In this document: in pieces, positions 23,380 to 36,574 of the stretch | Layout: each line of letters opens with the position of its first letter | How positions within the stretch are numbered: the stretch's first letter is position 1 | NCBI GenBank assembly: GCA_043228905.1 | Contig: JBHGNT010000017.1 | Coordinates: 10,602,001-10,666,000, forward strand | Reading direction: 5' to 3' | Origin: Azolla caroliniana | Lineage: Eukaryota > Plantae > Polypodiophyta | DNA length: 64,000 nt | Program-made: the position numbers and the translations under genes | Notes under the pieces: model-generated | What the model was told of the DNA's origin: nothing | Database searches by the model: none | What the model saw: only the letters and a program-made list of their open reading frames with translations

Positions 23380-26300
23380 TCACTCCGGCATGGGATTTCT
23401 TGTTAATCTAATCCGTCTTCGGCACGCGTCCAGCTTGTCGATTGGAAGCACCTTGGTTAGCATATCTGATCCGTTCTCCTTCATGTGGATCTTCGTCAAC
23501 CCAAAGCCTTGATCTTCTAATCTCTCCTGGATCCAGTGATACCTCCGCTGGATGTGCTTCATCCAGGAATGGTATGCCACGTTCTTTGCAAGGTGGATGT
23601 CACTTTGACTGTCGTAGTAGAGCCGGTATTCCTCCTATCGGACCCCTAGCTCTCCGATGAAGTCCTTCATCCAGATTACTTCCTTGTCGCTTCCACGGCT
23701 GCCATATACTCTGCTTCCGTTGTTGACAGTGAAACGAACTTTTGCAGCCTCGACTGCCATGATACGGCTCCCCCTCCATATGTCATGACGTATCCAGATG
23801 TGGACCGGCTGGTATCCGAATCAGACGACATATCTGAATCCGTAAAACCTACCAATTGGGGTTTACCTAAGCCGAATCGGAGGCACATACTCAAGGTACC
23901 TTTCAAATACCGAAGTATCCACTTGACTGTGTTCCACTGCTCTCCTTCCGGATTGCTCATGAACCGGCTGACAACTCTGACAACATATGCAATATCCGGC
24001 CAGGTGTACACCATTGCATACATTAGGCTTCCAACGGCAGAGGCATATGGTATCTTCGTCATATCCGACTTCTTTGCCTTTGTCTTCGGGCTTTGCTTTC
24101 TAGACAGCTTGCAGTTTGCCGGAAGTGTAGATCCGACCGGTTTTGCCTCCGACATGTTGAACCGTTGAAGCACCTTTGTCATGTACTTTTCTTGTGACAA
24201 CCACAATAGCTTCTTCTTTCAGTCCCGGATGATGTGCATCCCCAAAATATGTCTTGTCAGACCCAAGTCTTTCATTCAGAAGGTCTAGTTTAGGGCCTTC
24301 TTCAGTATTTGTATCTTGACTTGGTCTCGTCCGACGATCAACATTTCGTCCACGCACAGGAGCAATATAAGGAAATCTCCTCCGTCAAATTTTTTCACAA
24401 ACACGCAGTGGTCAGCTTGCGTCTTTTGGTACCCTTGGTCGGTCATGAAGGAGTCGAACTTCCGGTACCATTGGGGGGGGGGGATTGCTTCAATCCGTGT
24501 AAGCTCTTCTTTAGCCGGCACACCAGGTGTTGCTTCCCTTTCTTCTCAAATCCTTCCGGTTGATGCATGTAGATCTCTTCTTCGAGGTCGCCATGTAGGA
24601 ATGTTGCCTTGACATCCAGTTGCTCTACCTCGAGGTCCATGCTTGCCGCTATGCTCAATACCGTCCGGATGGATGTCATCTTTACTACCAGGGCGAAGAT
24701 CTCGTCGAAATCCACTCCTTTCTTCTACTGGAAGCTCTTCACCATGATTCGGGCCTTATACCTTGGTGGATTTCCGGCGTCTCCCGGTTTCAGCTTGTAC
24801 ACCCACTTGTTCCGGAGTGCCCTCTTTCCTTTCGGCAACTCCGTCAGTTCGTATGTGTGGTTCTCATGTAGGGAATCCATCTCGTCCTGCATGGCACTCA
24901 ACCACTTGCGGTTGTGGGTGTCTTTATTTTCTTCTTCTAAGCTTTTCGGCTGCCCCTCATCGGTCAGCAATACGTGCTTTGTATCTGGGAATCTCCAGGG
25001 GGCTCTTCTCTCTTAGAGCGGATATCTCTGAACTTGGTTTTCGGCAACCAGTTCCTTCGTTTGTTCTTCATCTGAATCTGATTCGGGGTCTTGTCCAGTT
25101 TCGGTGTCTCCTTCTTCTTCTTCTTTGGTTGGTTTGGTTTCTGCTCCGAATCCGGCCAATTCATCGAGTGTCATCCGGCTTCCAGCCGGATGGGTCCTCA
25201 ACTCCTTCAACTGATCTTTGCATGTTGACCCGGAATTCATTATCTTCTTCTTCGACTCCCAGTCAGCAATGGTCTTATACTCCATGAAGATAATGTCCCG
25301 ACTCCGGAAGACCTTCTTGTCGACCAGGTCCCACACTCGGTAGCCAAACTCGTTGTCGCCATATCCGAGGAATATGCATGCCCGAGACTTCGAATCCAAC
25401 TTTGCTCTCTTGTCCTTTGCAACATGCACATATGCAAGACACCCGAACACCTTCAAATGTCAGTAAGACACATCTTTACCGGTCCATACTCTCTATGGTG
25501 TGTCTCCATCCAAGGGTACTGAGGGTGATCTGTTAATCACGTATGTCGTCGTCATCAGCGCCTCAGCCCAAAACGTCTTGGGTAACTTTGCATTTGCTAG
25601 CATGCTCTGAACTCTCTCCATTATGGTTCAGTTCATCCATTCAGCCAACCCATTCAATTCTGGTATCTTTGGCACAGTGAATTCGAGCCAGATTCCCTTC
25701 GATCGGCAATACTCCTCGAACTGCCCCCCGATATTCTCCTACATTATTTGCTCGAACCGCCTTCAACTTCCGGCCGGTTTCTCTCTCCACTCTCGTGTGG
25801 AGCTCCTTGAAGAAGAATAACACCTGATCCTTCATCTTCAATAGTGAGACCCACAACTTTCGACTGTGGTCATCTATGAACACCACGAAGTACTGCGATC
25901 CGGCATGTGACTTCGTGTCCACTTGACACACATCGATATGCACCAGCTCTAGTGGTGCGTTCCATCTCATCGGTGGTCTTGACCAGAAGGAGGTTCGATT
26001 TTGCTTGCCGGCCAAGCAACCAGTGCACTTCTCAAGATGCACGTCTTTCACCTCCGGAATGAGGTTATCTTCAGCAAGTCTTCTCATCCCTTTCTGACTC
26101 ATGTGACACAACCTCTTGTGCCATAGCTCACCGGCAGTGTCAGATGCTATGTTCACTTCTTCCTGGCCTATCCAGGCATGCATCAGATACAACATGGTGA
26201 TCTTCCCGGCTAGAGCCACGATCAGGCTTCCCTCGTTGAACTTCATGACTCCATTCCGGATGCTACCCATGTAGCCTTGAACCCTAGGCCTCCCCCTTGA

Positions 26301-26990
26301 CTTTGACCTTGTCCCCGACTTTTCCCGATTCTGGGGACTCCGATACCGGTTTCTCCCCCGGTTATGGTCATCTTCCGTGACCAAGGCCTTCGGATCGGTT
26401 CCGGACTCCCGGTTCTTCCGGCGAGCTTCTTCATCTAGCAAGCTTGATTTTACCTTTGTTAGGGACAACTTCTTTCCTTCCGGCCCGGTGTTGCCCAAAG
26501 TGACAACTAGCGTCTCCCAACTATCCGGGAGGGAGCCCAACAAGAGCAATGCAAGTACCTCGTCGGCTAGAGGTACTTTCAGCGAAGTTGTTTGGTTTAT
26601 GAGCCCCTGAAATGCGTTCATATGCTCCGCCATGCTGGATCCGTCCTGGTACCAGAGTCTCACTAGCTTCCAGAATACCGAAACCCGATTTTCGACGTTT
26701 TTACTCTCCAACATGGTGCCGATTTTCTCCTAGAGCACATGAGCCTTACTTTCTTCATTGAAGTTGTTGTACAGGCTCATGTCGATGAAGCACCGGATGT
26801 ACGTCGTTGTCTTCATGTGCATCACCTCCCATGTCACGACATCGATCTTGTCCGGTTTCTTGTCCCCAAACTGTACCGGCAGCCAAAGATCTTTGACCAC
26901 GAGCATGTTCCTCATCTTCGACTTCCACACTAGGTAGTTGGAGCAGTGAGCTTGAACATGCCGCTGAATGGTTCTTCCATTTCCTTTGTT
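23380..26990 (-). pseudogene. Copia gag-pol, fragmented, protease region deleted
   Basis: ORF fragments with WHKRLCHMS, FIDDHSRK, AMQDEMDSL, DVKATFLHG and STTEAEY motifs. Confidence 0.9.
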
Positions 26991-27074
26991 CGTTCTGATA
27001 CCAATTTGAGAGGAATAGAGCTCGGCCACAACCGAGACTCAAGCACTTAATGGAAGATTAAAACAGAAGTGGAG

Positions 27075-27345
27075 TACCCAGTGAGAATCAGAAGGAGGAA
27101 CCGGTAAGGACTGGACCCGATAAGGAGAACCGATAAGAACCAGATCAAGCAGAACCGGCAAGAGCCGGACGAAAAGGACCGGTAAGGAGGACTCGGTAAG
27201 AACCGGATAAAGAAAACCGGTGAGAACTGGATGAAGCAGACCCGGTGAGAACCGGATAAAGAAAACCGGTGAGAACCGGATGAAGCAAACCTGGCAAGAG
27301 CCGGATGAAGAAGGCCGGTGAGAGTTTCTCACTGGATGAAGAGAC
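27075..27345 (+). repeat. AGAACCGG-rich minisatellite in LTR (partner copy 30172-30445)
   Basis: Repeated AAGAACCGG(T/A) units in both LTRs. Confidence 0.85.
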
Positions 27346-28009
27346 AAATTTGTAAATAAAAGAAAAGATTGTTACATGCATAGGGCAGGATTCAAACCCT
27401 ATACCTCCATGTTAATAATGTAAAGCCTTACCATTACACTAACATATCATTAGTGTTAAAAAAGTAAACGTCCCACATAGAAAGGTAAATTCACGCTAGG
27501 ATAAACTTTAGTTAGAAGAAAACGCATGATAAAAGAAAAAGCTGCGCATGCACATGTAGCGTGCATGAACACCATAATCGATAAAAAGACATCAAATTAG
27601 AAAAAGTAGGATGACTTTAGAAAAAGCATAGAGTCTATCTATAGAAAAAGCATGGATTGTTAAGACTCTCTCATCACTATATAAGGATGGGGAGCTCAAT
27701 GTAATAGGGGTGGGATGTGTGGAATATTTGGAAATTAGATATATTTCCTAAAACACCAATTAATATAATATATTCGTGGGATTCACGAATTTGTGATCAA
27801 AATTATCTCTTACTATTTAAATATTGATTAAATACATTAAACTCGTGGGATTCACGAGATTCATAACTTACCTATCTTTCTACCTATTCATTACTAGCCT
27901 TATCTCAGATTCTTCCTCCTCCTAGTCCAAAACCTCAGTGGTTCCCACCCGACTCACGCAACGATCCGGAGCCGAAAGGCATGACACAAAGTGGTGAACC
28001 CGACGTGAA

Positions 28010-29395
28010 ATGGGTGGCAAGGAGATGGAGAATCAACAAGAGGCGATGAACACGATGATGATGATTATTGAGCGGATGCAACAAGAACAACGCGCGATGT
28101 CGGAGATGAAGGCAACAGTAGAGTGGGTTGTGCGACGAAATGGGGATTTCAATGGAAAGGATGTGTCACGTTACCTATGTGACTATAAGGCGGAGATGAT
28201 GCAATGTCGAATACCGAAAGGATTGCAAGTGATATCCTTTAGTCGGGTGGCCTCAGACGAGCTGCAAGAGAGCATATACGAGATACGACAACAAAACACA
28301 ACGTGGGTGTCCTTTGAGAAAGCACTATTGGAGAAGTATGACTACGAGAGATCGATGGGACGAGATCGACGCGAGTTTGACTAGTGGGTGGCATCGACAA
28401 AGACTCATTGAACTGCGACACTAGCATTCTTAGAGTTTGAGTAGTTTTGCTCAACTCTCGGAGTGGGAACAAAGATCGGTGGGGGTGGATAAAGTCCTAA
28501 TGTTCGTAAGATCAATCAATCGAAAAGAAAGGATGGACATTGGGATCGAACTCAAGACGATGACAGTGCGAATGGTCTTACCGAGGATTGGGCTGAAGTC
28601 GAAAGAGTATGCCGAAGACATGATAAGAGGAAGATGAGAATATCATTGGCAACAACATGGCCTATAAGGGATGATCGATTAAGGATAAACGATGTGACTG
28701 ATACGAAGGCTGAAGTACGAGTCGATGGTACCACGGGAGAGGGTGTGGAACAAGGCATCCTCTCATCTTGCGAAAGAACGATGGCCAAGGATAAGGTCGA
28801 TGACTTGAGAGTGGCGAACACCACTTCAAGAACGGAAGAAGGTTTCAGAATACAAGTATCCGAAACATCAGGTGAAAAATGGGTAAGCATAATCGATTCT
28901 TGCATGATCGAGGGAGATAAAGAGTGCGAGGACGACATGATTGAGGAGATAGCCACGAAAAACGACATCGAGTCAGAGGTGTCTATGGACGAGCCAATGG
29001 CGGATGACCGTATCGAAACTTTCTCACCACTGATTCCAAAGACTCTAGCGGTTGCGTTCGAAAGGCAACGTGAGACCGAAGAGACGGAAGGTGGTGGAGA
29101 GAAAACGAAGGTCGAAGCCGATGCATACAACGGAGAGATAACCGAGAAGGTGGCTATAAGTGAAACGATGGAGGACGATAATACTGAGGATTCCTGCCCA
29201 TTAATTCTAGAGACTTCGGCGGTTGTGTCCGAGTACCAACGTGAGACCGGAGAGACAGGAGGTGGCGGCAAGAAAGGTAAAGTCAGAAGTTGGTTCGGAT
29301 GGAAGATGATCCAGACAAAATTCCGATCTAAACAAAAACCGACCCGAAAGGGGGCCGACTCGGTCAAAACCGATCAACCGAGTCCACGAATCTGA
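28010..29395 (+). pseudogene. Gag-like capsid region plus acidic low-complexity extension
   Basis: FNGKDVSRYL..Y..EM...SFSRV....WVSFEKALL and VDKVLMFVRSI..KER align with FGGKNITNFL..Y..EM...SFKRV...WAEFERALL and GDKVLLFLKAM..KDR of ORF 5795-8101. Contains stops and frameshifts. Confidence 0.78.
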
Positions 29396-32286
29396 TCGGA
29401 AGCCGATCCAACCGAAAGTTGATCGGACAAGACCGAATCAGAAAGAAGCTAATACGACTCAACCGAAAGCCGATCGGACAAGACCGATCCGGAAAAAAGT
29501 CAAGGTTGCTGAAGACAAGAAAGAGGCCAAGAAAAGACACTACCACGGGCAACAAGGACCAAGCGGGCCAAGTGGATTTGACGAGTGTTACCAAGGATGA
29601 GATCTTAGCAAATACGGTGAGCTCTATCATGAAGATTATCAACTCTAACACGAGATTATACAACAAAGATGAACAAAGTGGGAAGCATGGCACATGCACA
29701 AGACAAGAAGGGTTATGCTCAAGAGGATCACAAGGAGCCATGACAACCGGCCATGGCAATGTAAAGATAGAACAAAGAATATGGTGGATCGGGGATGGCG
29801 ACAATGGTTCGGGTGGAAAGAATGGACGTGCTCAAAATGGAGAGACAAAGTCGGCATAGCAAGAGAAACGGAGGGGATTGCGAGTAAAGGAGAAATACAA
29901 GAGCCGACAACTGATAACTAGGCGGAGCAAGCAATTGAAAATCGAAAATCGGACAGAGCTGTCAACCGAACAAAACCGGAAACCGGGCGGAGCCGGCAAC
30001 CAAGCACGACCAGCGACGAAACCAACCGAGCGGAGACTCGACGGACAAGACTAACAATCACCGACAACTTCAGCACATACCGAAGGACATGCGGGTTTGG
30101 AGGGGGCAAGTGTCGTAGTGTAATTCGCACACTACGTGAAAAATTATTTTTTGGTCTTTCCAGATAGGACATGGAGTACCCGGTGAGAACCGGAAGGAGG
30201 AACCGGTAAAGACCGGACCCAATAAGGAGAACCGGTAAGAACCAAATCAAGTAGAACCAGCAAGAGCCGGACGAAGAGGACCGGTAAGGAGGATCCGGTA
30301 AGAACCGGATAAAGAAAACCAGTGAGAACCGGATGAAGCAGACCCGGTGAGAATCGGATAAAGAAAACCGGTGAGAACCGGATGAAGCAGACCCGGCAAG
30401 AGCCGGATAAAGAAGGCCGATGAGAGTCTCTCAACGGATGAAGAGACAAATTTAGAAATAAAAAAAAAGATTGTTACATGAATAGGGCAAGATTCAAACC
30501 TTGTACCTCCATGTTAATAATGTAAAGCCTTACCATTACACTAACATATCATTAATGTTAAAAAAGTAAACGTCCCACATAGAAATGTAAGTTCACGCTA
30601 GGATTAACTTTAGTTAGAAGAAAACGCATGAGAAAAGAAAAAGCTACGCATGCACATGTAGCGTGCATGAACACCATAATCGATAAAAACGCATTAAATT
30701 AGAAAAAGTAGGATGACTTTAGAAAAAGCATAGAGTCTATCTATAGAAAAAGCATGGATTGTTAAGACTCTCTCATCACTATATAAGGATGGGGAGCTCA
30801 ATGTAATAGGGGTGGGATGTGTGGAATATTTGGAAATTAGATATATTTCCTAAAACACCAATTAATATAATATATTCGTGGGATTCACGAATTTGTGATC
30901 AAAATTGTCTCTTACTATCTAAATATTGATTAAATACATTAAACTCATGGGATTCACGAGATTCATAACTTACCTATCTTTCTACCTATTCATTACTAGC
31001 CTTATCTCAGATTCTTCCTCCTCCTAGTCCAAAACCTCAGTGATTCCCACCCGACTCACGCAACGATCTAGAGCCGAAAGGGATGACAACGGGAGCCCAC
31101 AGACTCCAACTATCACTATGAGGGGAGGAATACAATGTGAAACTCAGAGGCAACGACCTTGATCTTTATGTCTTCGCCAATCGACGGTTACAAATAGAAA
31201 CTAGTTCTGTATCGCTCTCTCTCTCTCTCACGCTCTGTGTACAACGATGATACAACAACAACTCTCACTAATGTGATTGCCCTAAGTCATATTTATACTT
31301 ATATGACATTTGGGCTATTTACATATATAGCTTGGATGGGCTCACTCAGTAAAACATATTTACACATATGTCCTTGGATCCAGTTTGCACCGGATCCATC
31401 CGGATTCACTCGATCCAGTTTCCGAGTCTCATCCGGAACCCTTCCGGATCCAGTTCCTTCATCCGGTTCGTCTGGTTCTCATCCGGAGGAACCGAATTCC
31501 CAACAAGTTCGAAGTCTCCACCATAAAAAAATCCTTAAAGACAATAAAAGAATACACACTCTTATTCTGAAATCCACATGACAACATTAGCTTAGTGCTA
31601 CTGCCCCTTTATGGAAAACCACCATATTCAACAAGGGCACACATAATCAAATGGACCATTTGGTTGCCCATATCCTTTAACTTGCAAAACATCATCTTCT
31701 CATGTTAATGGACTCATCAATAGGCACTAAACAAGGTTATCATTCGTCAATGTATAAATACAAAGATAGGGAATGAGTAAAAAATTAATTTGGATATAGG
31801 AATGAGAATCTAACTTGGCAAAACTTGATTATCTCATGAATGAACAAATCAGTTATGACAACAAATCTATGTAGCAAGAATTCCAACTTTTGAAGCATAT
31901 ATATATTAATGAGTAATACTCGTGCACTATTTATGGTTGTGAACCATCGTTCTCCCGCACCATCTTTTGCACTATTTATTTTGTGTCAATATACATGTGT
32001 GGGAATGCCTTTCAAAAGTCCTATGTGAGATCCATGTGAAGAAGATACTTAATGTTAGTGTTGCTTACGGTTAGTCCAAAATAATCAGGTTTGATATGCT
32101 TCAATCTTATTTTAAACATTATTAAACACAAGAGAGCCCTACTGGGGGGCTCGGGGAAACAAGAGAACAAAAACATAAACACAAAGAGAGAGAGAGAGAA
32201 ACAAAAAGAACAAAGTTACCCAGAAAAAAAAGAAAAAAAAAGTGAGAAACAAAAACAGTTCACCCGAAACACAGAACCGCACACAC

Positions 32287-32289
<3 letters not shown>

Positions 32290-32321
<32 letters not shown>
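32290..32321. repeat. (GA)n microsatellite upstream of the ENT gene
   Basis: Pure AG run. Confidence 0.9.
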
Positions 32322-32324
<3 letters not shown>

Positions 32325-32728
32325 CAAACAAATAACCTTTTTTGTTTGTTGCTTTTTTATTCTTTTTCTTTTTCGTTTTTATATTGTGAAATGCTATTTT
32401 TCTACTTTTACATTTCGGCTGATAATAATACATATGTATCTAATCTATATATATAATACATATATATATGTATGTGTATAATAAATAAAGTGTGGACGGC
32501 TCCGATCGTCTGGAAATGAGCCCTCCCTCTCAAAAGCCTAAAAATCTCCCTTTTTCTCTTTTCTCTCTATTCTTGACTAATGGCCAAAAGAGGGAGACGA
32601 GAAAGAGAAAGAGAAAGAGAAAAGAAGGATGAAGATGACCCCAAAAACAAAGAGAAAGAAAGAAGAAGAAGAATAATAATAATAATAATAAGAAGAAGAC
32701 GGGTTGTGTGTACATATAGCAAAGAACC

Positions 32729-35700
32729 ATGTCTGAGCCTCCTCCTCCTCCTCAGGTTCTATGACCTTTCCTGTAACGTCCGTCAAAACCCTAAATTTGA
32801 AAACCTAAACTATTTATTTCACTTGCTTATTTTCTTGCAGGGTCTCTACCTGGCATATTTCTTCTGTTGGCTCTTTGGCAATGGCTGCCTCTTCTCTTGG
32901 AATAGCATGCTTACTATCGAGGATTACTACTCTGTCATCTTTCCGGTAACATTCTGCTCATGTCTCTCATCAATTGGTGAAAGGGAGTCATGAAGAATTA
33001 GGCTTTGGATTTAACAGGATTATATTCATGAAAGTTAGAGCTCAGAAGGGAGCTTAACTGATCGGAATAAGTGTATCATAATCATTAATGATAGGGGCCA
33101 GAAGAATCATTAATAAAATACAAATAAGAGTATGATAGTAATACACAATCAGGGCAGACGGGTTGCCCAGTTTCAATATCAGTATATTCACAGCAATGAA
33201 AACTAGTCCACAGAGTTACCCCCCAATCTAGAATTTTAGAAAGTTAAGGCAAAATTGTCATGATGATGAGAAACTTAGGCCATAAGGTTACCCGTTGAGG
33301 CAACTGTATAAGACTCACGAAAATGATATGAAATTTAAATATAACCATTTGTTTTTATTATAATTTTTTAGAGATGGTGATGGCATAATTGCAAGAAAAG
33401 GTTATCTGCTTTTTATGTGGAAAGTTGTTCAAGGCTATGATATAGAGTGAGAACTCACAAATTTCTATAACCAAGAATAAAAAATTTATTATCCTCCTTT
33501 TTGTAGCATTACCATCCAACAAGGATTTTGATACTCGTGTATCAACCATTTGCATTGCTGACATTGTCGATATTGGCATATTATGAGGCCCGAGTGAACA
33601 CACGATCACGTATCTTACTTGGATACTGCCTCTTTTTCCTAAGTTCACTTTTTATTCCTATTGTGAGTATTCTATACTTCTATAAAATTGGCATATTCTG
33701 GTTGTCAAATATTGATAGGTTATCAGTGAATGTCTTATTTGGAATGTGCAGTTGGACCTAAGTACGAATGGGCATGGTGGTATTGGACCTTTTGTTGGAA
33801 TTTGTTTGGCGAGTGGGTTGTTTGGGATTGCTGATGCACATGTTCAAGGAGGCATGGCCGGAGAACTTGCATATATGCGTCCAGAATTTCTGCAGGTCTA
33901 TTATTATTATTATTATTATTATTACTATTATATGATATAAACAGTTCCCTTAATTGCTGTATTTGATGAAATAATGCTAATAATTGCAACAATTTTTTTT
34001 AGGTCTTTAGACCATTATTTTCTTCTAGACATGTTAGTGTAATTGTTTATTCTGATTCTACTGCTTGATTCTTTTCTCACGAGCATTTTATTCTTCTTGG
34101 TTTTAGTCCTTCTTTGCAGGTCTGGCTGCCTCTGGAACTGTCATATCTGTTCTACGCATGGTTACAAAAGCCTCTTTTGAGAATTCACAGGATGGGCTTC
34201 AGAAGGGAGCATGTGAGTAAATTAATGAAGATTTCAAAGAGGAACTCATATATGGATGGATGTGGAATATAGGCGTTAGAAGTACTGACATATTTCTTTT
34301 GCATTGTCGATTTCTATGATCTAGAGTACAAAAAAATTCTAAATTTTGGTGTGGTCCATTTCTTGAGCAGTGACCTTTTTCTTTATTTCTGCATTCTTCG
34401 TCTTCATTTGCATATTACTGTATGCTTTTGTCTTTCCGCACTTGGAGGTTGTAAAATACTATCGGATGAAGGCTGCACATGAAGGATCCAAAACTGTAAC
34501 GGCAGATTTGGCAGCTGGAGGATTGGCAGAACTCGAGAAAGTAAGCAGTATAAAAGCCTCCCTTTCAGAAATGTTGTAATATGTTCTTCCTTTTACTTTT
34601 TGATGGGAACTTGTTGTTAGAAATATTGAGAATCGATTAGATAGGTATATAGAGTTACAATCACAGAGACGGATATATGAAAACAAAACTTCTATTACAT
34701 ATGAGAGTAGCTCACAATGGTAGTTCACCCATGTGCTCACACCTTAGAGCTTAGATGGGATCTGGACCAGCTCACTACAAAATTAGTGGGGACTAATGAT
34801 CAACCCAGTCACTGTGTAAGAGAGTGGATTATATTTTTTTGTTTGGTTTGAGTGTAACATTAAATGTGCAAGTCAGTTGATAGTAGTGGAGATATTCCTT
34901 TTCTGTCAACTGATTTGTCATTTAATATGACCCAACTCCCTAGATACAAGCTAGTTCTAGATAGTACTTATCTTAAAGTCAATGGCACATACTTCAAGAC
35001 TAAGTACATTGTAACTTGCCCACAAAATATTCTTCTAGTTGACTTGATTAGCCAATCCTATTAGCCTACTTCGCTCTTTCCTAAATACATTGTGTCCTAC
35101 TCATATATGGTTTCCTAGATTGACACCTTATCGACCCATATGGTCGAGTTGCTCCTCATTTGGGGTGCCATCACAAAATGTGCACTGTATATGGGGATAA
35201 ATTGACAACTTGGGGTTGATCATTGATTATATCTAACAGTTGTTACGAAAATGAACCTATAATTTTACTGTTTGGTAGGAATTAGCTATGAATTTGAGCC
35301 ATGAATTCCCAACATTTTCCCTAGAAGAGAGGGAAAAGTGATTATGATGACCGTATTGCTAATTTGAGATGAAATTTTTGCATGGAACTTATTTTCCTTG
35401 TATCATTGCTTTATCGCTCTCTGTTAACTGATTCAGAAACCTCACTGAGTCATAAATCTGGAGGAGCAATATAGGGATTAAGAGGAGGCTTTTTGTGTTT
35501 TAATGTGTTGCTCAACAGTGAACTTTCCCCTTGATCATTACTTCATCTCTCATTGTGAAATCATTCACAAACCTTACCAACTCATTAACACTAAGATTGC
35601 TAATTCAAGGTTAATAAAAAAAATTAGGAATTTACAAACCTTACCAATTCAGTAACATGAAGATTGCTAATCCCAGGTTGCTTAACTCTAGTCCAAACTC

Positions 35701-36537
35701 TGTTTAAATGTGATTATCTCATGTCATATGCCCACAAATTAAAGCTTCCACAATTTCTCATACATCACACTTACCACATGCACATAATGAATGCACTAAT
35801 AATAGTGGAATACAGATTTGTCAACATATATTAATTGATAATATCGTGTTCTGGTTTCTGGTCTAGTGAAAATTGATGGTGATCCTAATGAAGTTGTTTC
35901 TTTGAAGGACTATGAAGCTGGTAAATGTTGGGATAGGCTGTCTACCTGGCAATTACTTGTACAAAACATTGACTTCGCAGTAGATTTGTTCCTCATTTAT
36001 ACACTTACATTGTCCATCTTCCCAGGCTTTTTAGCAGAAGACACAGGGAAACACAACTTAGGTTCTTGGTATGTTGCATTCTCTTATAATTTTCCCAATC
36101 ATCTGAAGCTATGTTGTGTATATAATGTTTATTATCTTCTTTACAGGTATCCCCTCACCCTCATAGCAATGTACAATGTGGGTGACTTTGTAGCACGTTA
36201 TGTGCCTGTAGTAGATATGCTCAGGTTGGAATCTAGGCTGGGAATCATGGTTGCCACACTTCTTCGCTATTTATTCATACCGGCCTTCTATTTTACTGCA
36301 AATTATGGTACACAAGGGTGGATGCTGTTCCTTTGTATCATATTGGGTATGACAAATGGTTATCTGACTGTGTGCATACTTATGATGGCACCGAAAGGAT
36401 ATAAGGTATGTGAGACAGTGCTTTTCTTTCTATACATATCCATATCCATATACATATGCATATACATACATACATACATACATACATACATACGTACGTA
36501 CGTATACACACACACATGCATATAGATATGCATATAC

Positions 36538-36574
<37 letters not shown>

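Larger units (their letters stand above)
27070..31088 (+). mobile_element. Non-autonomous gag-only LTR retroelement (TR-GAG-like), tRNA-Trp PBS
   Basis: LTRs about 27070-27986 (5' end deleted) and 30111-31088. PBS TGGTGAACCCGACGTGAA 27992-28009, PPT GGAGGGGGCAAG 30099-30110. gag-like ORF at 28010; no pol motifs seen. Confidence 0.88.
21202..31505 (-). mobile_element. Tork/Tnt1-like Copia, degenerate, both LTRs interrupted by Gypsy-clade insertions
   Basis: 3' LTR 21202-21300 + 22953-23369; 5' LTR 27007-27074 + 31089-31505. PBS (TGGTATCAGA) 26994-27003, PPT 23370-23383. gag-pol fragments at 23380-26990. Confidence 0.9.

Noticed and set aside
28552-29859. env-like gene in the gag-only element
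   Set aside because: No signal peptide or clear transmembrane segment on the sense strand; the antisense ORFs look like shadows.
32091-32993. ORFs upstream of and overlapping the ENT start
   Set aside because: Translations of GA/AAG/AAT microsatellites; only the spliced exons resemble ENT.
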